Shown here: positions 1-9,348 of the stretch, in pieces
How positions within the stretch are numbered: the first letter of the stretch is position 1
How the letters are laid out: each line of letters opens with the position of its first letter
Assembly (NCBI GenBank): GCA_900543525.1
Contig: UQRS01000001.1
Location: forward strand, 1 to 63,610
Source: an uncultured Oscillospiraceae bacterium
GTDB lineage: Bacteria; Bacillota; Clostridia; Oscillospirales; Acutalibacteraceae
Length of the DNA: 63,610 nucleotides
Reading direction: 5' to 3'
Position numbers and translations under genes: made by a program
Notes under the pieces: generated by a model
Seen by the model: only the letters and a program-made list of their open reading frames with translations
The model's database searches: none
Told to the model about the DNA's origin: nothing

Positions 1-422
1 TCGCTCTGATTGACAAATATGAGAACTTCGACAAGCTGACCATTGCCATGCTCAATGAGTTTATTGAGAAAATCCTTGTGCATGAGCGTGACCGCAAGGG
101 CAGTATTCAGACCACACAGGAGGTCGAGATTTACTTCAATTTCGTGGGTCGTTTCGTTCCCCCTGCGTTTGGCGAAGTGGAGCTTACCCCGGAGGAATTA
201 GAGGAAATCCGCAAGCGTGAGGAACGCAAGGACAGGCTCCACCAGAACTACTTGAAGCGGAAAGCCAATGGTAAACAGAAAGAGTATGAGGAGCGCACGA
301 AAGCCAAGAAAAAAGCGGAGATTGAAGCCAGAAAACAGGCAATCCGCACCGAGGATATTGCCAGAGGGGTATTTATCCCGGTGAGCAGTTTGCCGCAGCT
401 GGGACCGAGAAAGGGAGCGTGA
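1..422 (+). CDS. Large serine recombinase, C-terminal fragment (DUF4368-type tail); 5' end outside the window
   Basis: Reading frame is open from the window edge in the frame of ORF 48..422. LNEFIEKILVHERDRKGS...QEVEIYFNFVG is typical of TnpX/TndX-like recombinase C-termini and is followed by a Lys/Glu-rich tail. tnpV follows 4 nt later. Confidence 0.7.
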   Translation, partial: ALIDKYENFDKLTIAMLNEFIEKILVHERDRKGSIQTTQEVEIYFNFVGRFVPPAFGEVELTPEELEEIRKREERKDRLHQNYLKRKANGKQKEYEERTKAKKKAEIEARKQAIRTEDIARGVFIPVSSLPQLGPRKGA

Positions 423-426
423 TTTT

Positions 427-804
427 ATGAAAGAGTTGAAACCGAGAATCCATGAGAACGGTATGGACTATGTGTTGGTGGGCGACTACTATGTGCCGGA
501 CTTGAAGCTGCCGGAGGAACGCCGACCTATTGGGCATTGGGGACGCTTGCACCAGTCCTATCTGAAATTGCACCGTCCCATGCTTTACAACGAGCTAATT
601 TTGTCCGGCAGGCTCCACACCGTCGTTGCCGATCTGAACGAGCAGGCGGCAGACAGGCTGGACTTGATTATCCGGCAGATGATGAAAGCCGAGGGCGTGA
701 CCGAAGCCATGAAAGCGGAAAATCAGATGTTATGGGTGCAGTCAATGAACTCCATCCGCTGCCGGGCAGAGGAAATCATCAAGACGGAACTAATCTACTG
801 TTGA
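427..804 (+). CDS. tnpV: Transposon-encoded protein TnpV
   Basis: 125 aa. DYYVPDLKLPEE..., YLKLHRPMLYNELILSGRLH and QMLWVQSMNSIRCRAEEIIKTELIY match my recollection of the TnpV family of Tn4451-like elements. It sits right after the recombinase. Confidence 0.75.
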   Translation: MKELKPRIHENGMDYVLVGDYYVPDLKLPEERRPIGHWGRLHQSYLKLHRPMLYNELILSGRLHTVVADLNEQAADRLDLIIRQMMKAEGVTEAMKAENQMLWVQSMNSIRCRAEEIIKTELIYC

Positions 805-817
805 GAGAGGTAAAGCT

Positions 818-1102
818 ATGATTTTGGAAGCCATGTATAATGGGGAGTTTTATCCCTGCGAGACAGTTGTACCTACATCACCGGAATACCGAAAGGCAGT
901 CATAGCCTGTGAAAAGCTCATGGAGCAGTTGTCCCAGCGGCTCAGCAAAGAGGACTATGAGCTGGTGCAGGAACTCCGGGCGCAGACAGCAATCGCCCAA
1001 TGTGAAGAAAGTGAAAGTCACTTCAAGTATGGCTTTTCCGCTGGGCTGATGTTCAGCAGGAAGCCCATGAACAAGTGCAGCAGAAGAAAGAAAAATAGAT
1101 GA
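818..1102 (+). CDS. Small conjugative-element accessory protein (DUF6809-like)
   Basis: 94 aa. MYNGEFYPCE...SPEYRKA...ESESHFKYGFSAGLM resembles a small family commonly found beside tnpV/recombinases in gut Clostridia. The C-terminal 15 residues may be frame-shifted; an alternative frame reads QQEAHEQVQQKKEK-stop. Confidence 0.5.
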   Translation: MILEAMYNGEFYPCETVVPTSPEYRKAVIACEKLMEQLSQRLSKEDYELVQELRAQTAIAQCEESESHFKYGFSAGLMFSRKPMNKCSRRKKNR

Positions 1103-1218
1103 AGAAAGCCGCCTGAGCAGAAAGAAACTGTTCGGGCGGTTTCAGCATTCGCCAGTAGATTTATTCACACTCTTGTGATAAAATTTACTACAATAAAGAG
1201 CGTGATAGCACTAATTTT

Positions 1219-2766
1219 ATGGGGGGATGCTTAATGAATAGAATTTTGAAAAAATTTTTACAGCGGGGTGTCGATTTAAGTCCTGTGGGAGTTGAACTCC
1301 GTGAGGATAATACAAATTATTTTTGTACCCCAAAAGGGGCATCGGTTTTTGGATGGGCAGGGATAGATGGTATCCACTTCTGTTTCATTCGTGGATTTGG
1401 AGAGATGGTTTTCTCTGTCAGCCCCATGAATACTTCTCCTGATTATGTTCATCCAGTAGCTGAAAATTTTACCGACTTTCTGCGGCTTATACTGGCTTGT
1501 GGTGATGTGGCGGCAGTGGAACAAGCGTGGATGTGGAACGAAGCACAGTTTGAAGCCTTTCTCAATGAAAACCCTACAACCCAGGAACAACAGCAAACTT
1601 TATCGGAAATTTCAGAGAAGATGAATTTGTTGCCTATGGAACAACCGTGGACATATATCAAAAACCTGCAATCTTCCTTTGATTACAGTCAGATTAAATA
1701 CACAGAAGATTATTACGATAATGATATGACTTCAGAGGCAGAATTGGTTGCCCCTGAATGGAAGGTCTACTTTGATGGAGATTTCTGGGGACATCGAGGT
1801 AAAGACCGTGCCGGAAAAGAGATCAAGCTGGATAAACAATTCGATTGGGCTGGATATCATTGGGTAATTCCGGCAGCTTATTCATGTAGCAAAGGACTTG
1901 TCGTTGATTTTTGTATGCGAGTTGATTCAGAAAGCATCCGTGACTTCATGAAAAAATGGAATCTGGACTGGGAAAATGACTCATGTGAAAATTTTACCCG
2001 TGAGCAACAGATGCAGATGGAATGGGAAAACCCACTTTGTTTTAACTTCAAACCTTGCTTGAAGTTAAACGAGAAAATATTACAGACAACCCATGGCTGC
2101 GCTGTGAGCTTTAATCCTTGTCTGCCAGATGGCGTTATCAATGAGTTGGAAGCAAAATGGGCAATCGACCATTATGGGCTGGATAGTACTTATGGCTGGG
2201 TCATATGCAGAGACGTATTTCCTTGGGGAACCAAGCATCACCCTGAAATCAATAAACTTTTTCTTACAATGGAGCAGCAACCAGGACAAGTTCCAGGCTC
2301 ACATTTCAAAGTTCACGCACCCGGAGATTCATTTATGTTTTCCCATCCTGTTAGCGGAATAACCCATACACTGACCGTGCAGGAAATAGAACAGCAGACA
2401 GTTCCTCAAAATAGTTTTGGTTCTGATCGCTGGATTTATCCGACACATTATATTGCCATGAGTTATACACTTACCCCTGAACCGATGGAGAACATTTCGG
2501 TTTTTGACTGTGATGAAGGCGATAGACCGATAGAAGTTACACCAGACGATCATTCGTTCCGTCCAGTTGGCAGTAGTTCCTGTTTTGTTGTTGGTGTTAT
2601 TGGTGGTGCAGATGGTCCGACAGCAGTTATATATGGAACAAATTCACAAGAAAAACTTCATGCTGCTTGTTCTGCTCTGCACTTTGAACCGGTTGGTGAT
2701 GATGTCGAGTGGCGTATCGTGTTCAATGTTACGCAGTTTGACAAAGAAACATTCCCAATTATCTAA
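1219..2766 (+). CDS. Hypothetical protein, 515 aa (alternative start 1234), no recognisable catalytic motif
   Basis: Long clean ORF in an AT-richer block, with coding-like composition rich in W/D/E/F. The only long ORF on either strand here. Confidence 0.7.
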   Translation: MGGCLMNRILKKFLQRGVDLSPVGVELREDNTNYFCTPKGASVFGWAGIDGIHFCFIRGFGEMVFSVSPMNTSPDYVHPVAENFTDFLRLILACGDVAAVEQAWMWNEAQFEAFLNENPTTQEQQQTLSEISEKMNLLPMEQPWTYIKNLQSSFDYSQIKYTEDYYDNDMTSEAELVAPEWKVYFDGDFWGHRGKDRAGKEIKLDKQFDWAGYHWVIPAAYSCSKGLVVDFCMRVDSESIRDFMKKWNLDWENDSCENFTREQQMQMEWENPLCFNFKPCLKLNEKILQTTHGCAVSFNPCLPDGVINELEAKWAIDHYGLDSTYGWVICRDVFPWGTKHHPEINKLFLTMEQQPGQVPGSHFKVHAPGDSFMFSHPVSGITHTLTVQEIEQQTVPQNSFGSDRWIYPTHYIAMSYTLTPEPMENISVFDCDEGDRPIEVTPDDHSFRPVGSSSCFVVGVIGGADGPTAVIYGTNSQEKLHAACSALHFEPVGDDVEWRIVFNVTQFDKETFPII

Positions 2767-3026
2767 AAATACCCTTAGAACTCTAAGGGCGCACTTCTAT
2801 ACTCTCTGTCGAGAGTAGTGCGTCCTGCGGAGCTTCATTCCCGGTCAGCAGAAGAAAACTGCTCGACCGAGAATGTTTCGTCACTTTGTTCCGTCAAGGG
2901 AGCTACACTCCCTTGCGACGCTTGCGCGTCTATCCCTTGTGGACTTGCCGTCCGCAAACAGCATAAAATGCTGTTCGCCGCCAGCAAGTTTTGAAATCGA
3001 AAAATTTGACAGAGGAGTGTGATTGT

Positions 3027-3251
3027 ATGAAATGTCCTTGTTGTGGTAAAGAAATGACAAGTGGTATAGTCCAGAGTGCTCGTCAGATTTTCTTTACTAC
3101 TAAAGCACATAAGAACTGGTTTATTCCAGACACAGCAGGTAATGAAGAAATCGTATTGAGTTCTCATAATTGGACAAGACCTACTTGCACCGCTTACCAT
3201 TGCGCTGAATGTAAAAAGGTAGTTGTTGATTACTCAGCAGAGGTCGAATAA
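3027..3251 (+). CDS. Small zinc-ribbon protein (DUF6487 / PF20097-like)
   Basis: AGAGGAG RBS about 9 nt upstream of ATG 3027. MKCPCCGKEM...CAECKKVVVD gives two CxxC pairs. The 2991 start in the track lacks an RBS. Confidence 0.6.
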   Translation: MKCPCCGKEMTSGIVQSARQIFFTTKAHKNWFIPDTAGNEEIVLSSHNWTRPTCTAYHCAECKKVVVDYSAEVE

Positions 3252-3506
3252 TATGCTGCTCAATGCCAAGCAGGAAGCGTCTCGTCTGCTTGGAGGGGAC
3301 GCAGAAGAACGGCAGGCGCGGCAGATGATCATGCAGCGAAGGAGTACGGAGCAACTTAAAAGGTCTCACCTTAAAACGGATCGATGCAAGATCGAACGTT
3401 AATGATAGCGCAAAAGCAGTAGTATTATGTGAATACGTCATTCATGTTGTGTGAATTTCTGTTCTTCTCCTTGCAATCACCCCATCTGTGCAATATGAAA
3501 CAAAAT

Positions 3507-3553
3507 GGGCATCAGAACGCAGCGTTTGGATGCTTCGTTCTGATGCCCTTTTA
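3507..3553 (+). terminator. Intrinsic terminator
   Basis: GGGCATCAGAACG / CGTTCTGATGCCC 13-bp stem followed by TTTT. Confidence 0.65.
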
Positions 3554-3685
3554 CGATATAGTTTCTTTTACAGTGGCGACAACGATTACCGGAATTCCAG
3601 CGTCTCTTTCTGCAACGCTGCACCCCTTTTGATTAGTGATTTTTTCTCCGCACCCCTTGCAAAACAGAAAGAGTCATGATATAAC

Positions 3686-3711
3686 ATGACCAGAAGTACC
3701 GAAATGGTCAT
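3686..3711. promoter_or_regulatory. Candidate TetR operator (inverted repeat ATGACCA-N12-TGGTCAT)
   Basis: Perfect 7-bp inverted repeat 18 nt upstream of the TetR start codon. Confidence 0.4.
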
Positions 3712-3728
3712 TTGGATGGTGAACGAGC

Positions 3729-4307
3729 TTGGCTTTTACCGATTACGAGACTGAGCAGCTCCGCAAGGCACTGCTGAAGGAAACGCGGCGCTGCGCCGTC
3801 ACACTGGGGATGAAAAAAACCTCCGTGGATCAGCTGACGAAGGCGGTCGGCATTGCGAAGGGTTCGTTCTATAAATTCTACGAATCCAAGGAAATGCTTT
3901 TCTTCGCGGTTTTGGAGAACGTTCACTCCGAGCTTTACGGAGTGGCTGACCATGCACTGAGCGAAGCAAACGGCTTGCCGCCGTCGGAGCGTGCGGCAAA
4001 GGCGGTTCTTGCCGTCTGCCGGCGGCTGTCCGATACCGGCGACATGGTTTTCATTGAAAACGATGCGAAGCTGCTTTTGCAGAGACTGCCGGAGGATGTC
4101 AAAAATGTGCATTACCACGACGGCGAGACGCACATCCGTCAACTTTTGGAGAATCATGACCTTATGCCCAAGTGCGGTGTGTCTTTGGCTGCTGCGACGG
4201 TGCGGGGACTGATTCTGACCGTCTCCCATAAGGAGCAGATCGGAGAACTGTACCCGCAGGTGCTGGAAACGCTGGTGCATGGCGCTTGCAGGGAGTTATT
4301 TGAATAA
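3729..4307 (+). CDS. TetR/AcrR family transcriptional regulator
   Basis: N-terminal HTH TSVDQLTKAVGIAKGSFYKFYESKEMLFF. 192 aa; TTG start as given in the track. Confidence 0.85.
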   Translation: MAFTDYETEQLRKALLKETRRCAVTLGMKKTSVDQLTKAVGIAKGSFYKFYESKEMLFFAVLENVHSELYGVADHALSEANGLPPSERAAKAVLAVCRRLSDTGDMVFIENDAKLLLQRLPEDVKNVHYHDGETHIRQLLENHDLMPKCGVSLAAATVRGLILTVSHKEQIGELYPQVLETLVHGACRELFE

Positions 4308-4409
4308 GCGGAAGGCCGCAGAGATGCGGCTTTTCAAAAATGTGCGAGTTAGCTGCGTCTAACCTCGTGATGTGTATGTATCGGTTAGACAAATCTGACG
4401 GAAAAAGGA

Positions 4410-5036
4410 ATGACAGCGATGCGAGAACACAAGAATTTCTGGGACAGAAATGCCGGTAGGTATGACCGCTTTATGCGAAAGGATCGGGCGGCGTATGACG
4501 AGATGTATGAGTTGATCCGGCCAATTGTGCGGCACAAGACGGTGCTGGAGCTGGCGACCGGCACGGGATTGATCGCAAAACACATCGTGAACGCGGCGTC
4601 ACACATCGAGGCGACGGACGCCTCTGCGGAGATGATCGCCGAGGCAAAGCGGGATAATCGCTCTGCCAAGCTGCACTTTTCCGTGCAGGATATGTTCCGC
4701 CTGACGTATGCGGATAAGTCCTTTGATGTGGTGATCGTGTCCAACGCGCTGCATATCGTGCCGCAGCCGGAGAAAGCTCTGCGGGAAATCAGGCGCGTGC
4801 TGAAGGACGACGGCGTACTGATTGCGCCGACCTTCACCCACTCTGAAAATTCGTTTCCCGGTAAGGTGAGAGCGTTTTTTATGAAGCTGGCGGGCTTTCC
4901 CCTTCACAGCAAGTGGACGAGCGAGGAATATATGACTTTCCTGCGGCAGAACGGCTGGACGGTGCGGAAAAGCGCTGTTCTGAAAGCATCCTTCCCGTTA
5001 ACTTATACCGAATGTACGAAATCGGAGGTGCGATAA
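4410..5036 (+). CDS. Class I SAM-dependent methyltransferase
   Basis: Motif I VLELATGTG, then DASAEMI and FDVVIVSNALH, typical of Methyltransf_11/25. Confidence 0.85.
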   Translation: MTAMREHKNFWDRNAGRYDRFMRKDRAAYDEMYELIRPIVRHKTVLELATGTGLIAKHIVNAASHIEATDASAEMIAEAKRDNRSAKLHFSVQDMFRLTYADKSFDVVIVSNALHIVPQPEKALREIRRVLKDDGVLIAPTFTHSENSFPGKVRAFFMKLAGFPLHSKWTSEEYMTFLRQNGWTVRKSAVLKASFPLTYTECTKSEVR

Positions 5037-5037
5037 A

Positions 5038-5646
5038 ATGTCATTTTTTGAAAACACCCGAAAGCCTGTAGGGCTTGGCGGAAAAATCATGGTCGCCATG
5101 ATGAATTTGGGTCACAGTTCCGTGGCGCGGTGGGGACTTCGCTTCTTGGAGCTTACTCCGGATGCCAAGGTGCTTGACTGCGGCTGCGGCGGCGGGGCGA
5201 ATATCAAAAAGCTGTTGAAGTTGTGTCCGGAAGGCGCTGTGCGGGGGATCGACTATTCGCCCGTCAGCGTTGAAAAATCAAAAAGGGTCAACAAATCCGC
5301 CGTTGCGAGGGGACGCTGTGATGTGCTGTGCGCGAGCGTGGCGGAGCTGCCGTTTGAACCGGAGCAGTTCGATCTGGTCACGGCCTTTGAAACCGTCTAC
5401 TTCTGGCCTGATCTGCCGCAGTGCTTTTGCGAGGTCGAACGGGTGCTGAAGATCGGCGGAACCCTTCTCATCTGCAACGAGAGCAACGGCGACACGGACA
5501 AGGATGAGAAGTGGACGGAAATCATCGGCGGCATGACCATCTACAAAGACACAGAGCTGAAAGCGTATCTGGAGCAGGCGGGCTTTCACGATGTTCAGAT
5601 ACACAAAAAGAAAAGTTGGCTATGCGTCACGGCTCGGAAACGATGA
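5038..5646 (+). CDS. Class I SAM-dependent methyltransferase
   Basis: Motif I VLDCGCGGG, then GIDYSPVSV and FDLVTAFETVYFW. Starts 2 nt after the previous stop. Confidence 0.85.
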   Translation: MSFFENTRKPVGLGGKIMVAMMNLGHSSVARWGLRFLELTPDAKVLDCGCGGGANIKKLLKLCPEGAVRGIDYSPVSVEKSKRVNKSAVARGRCDVLCASVAELPFEPEQFDLVTAFETVYFWPDLPQCFCEVERVLKIGGTLLICNESNGDTDKDEKWTEIIGGMTIYKDTELKAYLEQAGFHDVQIHKKKSWLCVTARKR

Positions 5647-5690
5647 AATGACTGCTGTATACCACGATTTTCAAGGAGGGAGGCAAATAG

Positions 5691-6392
5691 ATGAAAGACA
5701 GAGAACTTCAATTCGACCGCAAAAACCATGTGCTGTATTCAAAGCCCTGCAAGAAAGAGATACGGGCAAAAATTGCTTTGCATTATCCTGCGGCAGAGCG
5801 GGAGGCGACATGGGAAAAGGTACAACGGCAGTACATCGACTTTCTCTCCGACTGGCGCACCGATCTGGGCGGCAAAAAGAACTTCCACAACGGCGTAGGC
5901 GGCACCTATGACTGCATCGCTATCATGAGCTATTATGTTGTCTGCAAAGCCGTCACATCGTTCCGCGAGATTGAAGAGATGGAGGAAAATTTGATTCTTC
6001 CGATCTTCCGCAAACTGCGGTTTGTTAACTGTAACAAGCCGTTCTGGAGGAAGCTGATGTACAAGGCGTTTGTGCGGGCGAAATACGGCTGTGACAAATG
6101 GCACGATTACGAGATGTCGATTGCGCCTTACGATAAAGATAAGCCGATTTATTATGAATTCACATCGTGTCCGGCGGCGGAGTTTGCTATAAGGCACGGT
6201 CTTACGGACATTATGCCCGCTCTGTGCAATGTGGACTATGCGTCCATGGAGCTGCTGCACGCCAAGCTGGTGCGGACGACCACCTGCGTGGACGGTTGCC
6301 GATGCGACTATACTATCTGCGGCGACAAAGACCCGTATCTGAAGGAGCATCCTGAATACAGGGACGAGGCGGGCTTCAGAAAAAACAAATAA
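5691..6392 (+). CDS. L-2-amino-thiazoline-4-carboxylic acid hydrolase family protein
   Basis: C-terminal Cys-rich signature CPAAEFAIRHGL..PALCNVDY....LVRTTTCVDGCRCDY, as I recall for the ATC-hydrolase (PF14196) family. Confidence 0.65.
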   Translation: MKDRELQFDRKNHVLYSKPCKKEIRAKIALHYPAAEREATWEKVQRQYIDFLSDWRTDLGGKKNFHNGVGGTYDCIAIMSYYVVCKAVTSFREIEEMEENLILPIFRKLRFVNCNKPFWRKLMYKAFVRAKYGCDKWHDYEMSIAPYDKDKPIYYEFTSCPAAEFAIRHGLTDIMPALCNVDYASMELLHAKLVRTTTCVDGCRCDYTICGDKDPYLKEHPEYRDEAGFRKNK

Positions 6393-6410
6393 AAGCACAA
6401 CGCAAAGGCG

Positions 6411-7196
6411 GTGAAGCAAATGGAAGTATTATTCGGAATATTGATTCCTTTTATCGGGACAGCGCTCGGCTCGGCGTGCGTGTTCTTTATGAAAAGATCG
6501 CTCGGCGATTTGGTACAGCGTGCGCTTGCCGGCTTTGCCGCCGGAGTGATGGTGGCGGCGTCGATCTGGAGTCTGCTGATCCCCGCCATCGAGCAGTCGG
6601 AGGGCATGGGAAAGCTGTCGTTCCTTCCTGCCTTTATCGGCTTTTGGGTCGGCGTGCTGTTTTTGCTCCTGCTCGACCATCTGATTCCCCACCTTCATAT
6701 CGGAAGCGATAAGGCGGAGGGGCCGAAAAGCAAGCTCGGGCGCACCACGATGATGGTGCTGGCGGTGACCTTACATAACATTCCGGAGGGAATGGCAGTA
6801 GGCGTGATGTATGCGGGCTTTCTTGCGGGAAACTCACAGATCACGGCGGCAAGCGCGCTTGTCCTGTCCCTCGGCATTGCCATTCAGAATTTCCCCGAGG
6901 GGGCGATCATCTCCATGCCGCTCAAAGCGGAGGGCGAGAGCAAAGGCAAGGCGTTCTTGGGCGGGGTGCTTTCCGGCGCGGTCGAACCTGTCGGAGCGGT
7001 GCTGACACTTCTTGCGGCACGGCTTGTGATCCCTGCCCTGCCGTATTTTCTGAGCTTTGCGGCAGGCGCAATGCTCTATGTTGTGGTAGAAGAACTGATA
7101 CCGGAAATGTCTCAGGGAAAACACTCCAACATCGGCACGATTTTCTTTGCCGTCGGGTTCAGCATCATGATGACGCTGGATGTGGCGCTGGGGTAG
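6411..7196 (+). CDS. ZIP family metal (zinc) transporter
   Basis: Multi-TM protein with the HNIPEGMAVG and QNFPEGAI motifs characteristic of ZupT/ZIP. Confidence 0.85.
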   Translation: MKQMEVLFGILIPFIGTALGSACVFFMKRSLGDLVQRALAGFAAGVMVAASIWSLLIPAIEQSEGMGKLSFLPAFIGFWVGVLFLLLLDHLIPHLHIGSDKAEGPKSKLGRTTMMVLAVTLHNIPEGMAVGVMYAGFLAGNSQITAASALVLSLGIAIQNFPEGAIISMPLKAEGESKGKAFLGGVLSGAVEPVGAVLTLLAARLVIPALPYFLSFAAGAMLYVVVEELIPEMSQGKHSNIGTIFFAVGFSIMMTLDVALG

Positions 7197-7205
7197 GATT
7201 CAATT

Positions 7206-7481
7206 TTGAAAGAAGGTACGAAAATGATTCAGACAACAGTGAAAATCTCCGGCATGACATGCTCCATGTGCGAGGCACACATCAACGATACGATTCGCCG
7301 CACATTTTCAGTGGAAAAGGTGTCTTCCTCCCATACGAAGGGAAAAACCGTTATCCTCTCGCGTGAGCCGCTTGACGAAGCCGCCCTGCGAACAACCATT
7401 GACGCCACCGGCTACACGGCGGGAGAAATCCGTGCTGCTCCGTATGAAAAGAAAGGGTTGTTCTCATTTCTGAAAAAGTAA
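7206..7481 (+). CDS. Heavy-metal-associated (HMA) domain protein (likely true start ATG 7224)
   Basis: GMTCSMCEAH metal-binding loop. About 85-91 aa, CopZ-like fold size. Confidence 0.8.
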   Translation: MKEGTKMIQTTVKISGMTCSMCEAHINDTIRRTFSVEKVSSSHTKGKTVILSREPLDEAALRTTIDATGYTAGEIRAAPYEKKGLFSFLKK

Positions 7482-7572
7482 ATCATGCACTTTGACTCGC
7501 CGCTCCGGCGGCTTTTCAAAGGCTGTTCAGTTAGCTTCGGCTAACTAAGACCACAATCAAGGAGGAACTGTT

Positions 7573-9345
7573 TTGAAAAAACAATCAAATCTGTCCCGCC
7601 TGCTGGATTACGCGGGGACATACCGAATCCTTTGCTACCTTTCGTGGGTGCTTGCCGCCGCCGGCGCACTGCTGGCGCTGGTGCCGTTTTGGTACATCTG
7701 GCGCATCCTGCGGGAGGTCATCGAGGTCGCGCCGAACTATGAAAACGCCGTCCATGTGACGCACTACGGCTGGATGGCGGTGGCGTTTGCCTTTGCCGCC
7801 GTGCTTACCTACATCGCGGGGCTGATGTGCTCGCATCTTGCGGCGTTCCGCATCGCCACCAATCTGCGCCTTGCCATGACGAAGCATATTGCCACTCTTC
7901 CACTTGGGGAAATCGAACAGTTCGGCAGCGGCAAGCTGCGCCGCACGATTTCGGAAACGACCGGCGCAACGGAAACCTATCTCGCCCACCAGCTCCCCGA
8001 CAAGGCAAGGGCTGTGGCGACCATTGCGGGACTCCTGACGCTTCTTCTGGCATTCGACTGGCGGCTGGGGCTTCTGAGCCTTGTGCCTGTGGCGCTTGCC
8101 TTTGCCGTGATGACAAGCATGACCGGCAAGGGGATGCAGGAGAAGATGACACAGTATCAGAACGCGCTTGCGGATATGTCGGGGGAGGCGGTGGAGTATG
8201 TGCGTGGGATTCCCGTCGTCAAGACCTTCGGTCAGACGGTGTTTTCCTTCAAAAAGTTCAAGGGCGCCATCGACAACTACGAGCGTTGGGTCATCGCATA
8301 CACCCGCCAGATGCGCTGGCCGATGATCTTCTATACGCTGGCGGTCAACAGCGTGTTTGTGTTTCTGATTGCGGGCGGCTTTCTGTTCTTCCGCGGCGGT
8401 GCGGACGGCGGCGTGCTGCTGAACCTGCTCTTTTACATCATCGTCACGCCGGTCATCTCGCTGACGCTCACCAAGCTGATGTTCATGAGCGAAAACGGCA
8501 TGATCGTGCAGGACGCCGTCACCCGCATTGACCGTGTTCTGCAAAGCCCCTCACTTTCTCAACCGAGCGCACCGAAGCATCCGAGGGACAGCTCCGTGAC
8601 GCTGGATCAGGTAACCTTCAGCTATGACGGCACAAAAAATGCCGTGGAGAATATTTCTCTCTCCATCGGCGCGGGACAGACGGTGGCGTTTGTCGGACCC
8701 TCCGGCGGCGGAAAATCCACGCTGGCGGCGCTCATTGCCCGCTTCTTTGATCCGCAGAGCGGCAGTATTTCCGTCGGCGGTGTCAATGTGAAGAACATTG
8801 AAAAAAACGAGCTGATGAACACGGTTTCCTTCGTGTTTCAGAACAGCCATCTGATCAAAGGCACCATTCTGGACAATGTGCGTATGGGCAAGCCGGACGC
8901 CGCGGATGAGGAGGTGCTGGCGGCACTCCATGCGGCGCAGTGTACGGACATCATCGAAAAATTCCCGGACGGCGTGCATACGGTCATCGGCTCGCAGGGC
9001 ATCTACCTCTCCGGCGGCGAAGCACAGCGGCTTGCCATTGCCCGCGCCATGCTCAAAAACGCGTCGGTGCTGATTCTTGATGAAGCCACCGCCTTTGCCG
9101 ATCCCGACAACGAAACGAAGGTGCAGGCTGCCTTCAACGAGCTTGCAAAGGGGCGCACCGTCATTATAATCGCCCATCGGCTGTCCACGATTGTGAATGC
9201 CGACCGCATTTTTGTGCTGGATGAGGGGCGTCTTTCGGAAAGCGGCAGCTTTGCGGAGCTGTCAGAGCAGAAAGGCAGTCTGTTCGGGACGATGTGGCAG
9301 GACTATCAGCAGTCCGTCCGGTGGAAAGTGGAAAAGGAGGTCTGA
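7573..9345 (+). CDS. ABC exporter, fused permease/ATPase (heterodimer partner 1)
   Basis: Six-TM N-terminal domain. Walker A GPSGGGKST, signature LSGGEAQR, Walker B ILDEATA. Confidence 0.9.
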   Translation: MKKQSNLSRLLDYAGTYRILCYLSWVLAAAGALLALVPFWYIWRILREVIEVAPNYENAVHVTHYGWMAVAFAFAAVLTYIAGLMCSHLAAFRIATNLRLAMTKHIATLPLGEIEQFGSGKLRRTISETTGATETYLAHQLPDKARAVATIAGLLTLLLAFDWRLGLLSLVPVALAFAVMTSMTGKGMQEKMTQYQNALADMSGEAVEYVRGIPVVKTFGQTVFSFKKFKGAIDNYERWVIAYTRQMRWPMIFYTLAVNSVFVFLIAGGFLFFRGGADGGVLLNLLFYIIVTPVISLTLTKLMFMSENGMIVQDAVTRIDRVLQSPSLSQPSAPKHPRDSSVTLDQVTFSYDGTKNAVENISLSIGAGQTVAFVGPSGGGKSTLAALIARFFDPQSGSISVGGVNVKNIEKNELMNTVSFVFQNSHLIKGTILDNVRMGKPDAADEEVLAALHAAQCTDIIEKFPDGVHTVIGSQGIYLSGGEAQRLAIARAMLKNASVLILDEATAFADPDNETKVQAAFNELAKGRTVIIIAHRLSTIVNADRIFVLDEGRLSESGSFAELSEQKGSLFGTMWQDYQQSVRWKVEKEV

Positions 9346-9348
9346 GCG

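Noticed and set aside
3253-3402. 49-codon ORF (MLLNAKQEASRLLGGDAEERQARQMIMQRRSTEQLKRSHLKTDRCKIER) right after the zinc-ribbon gene.
   Set aside because: It has no RBS (its ATG lies 1 nt after the preceding stop) and no recognisable family. It may be a gene fragment, but the evidence is too weak to call.
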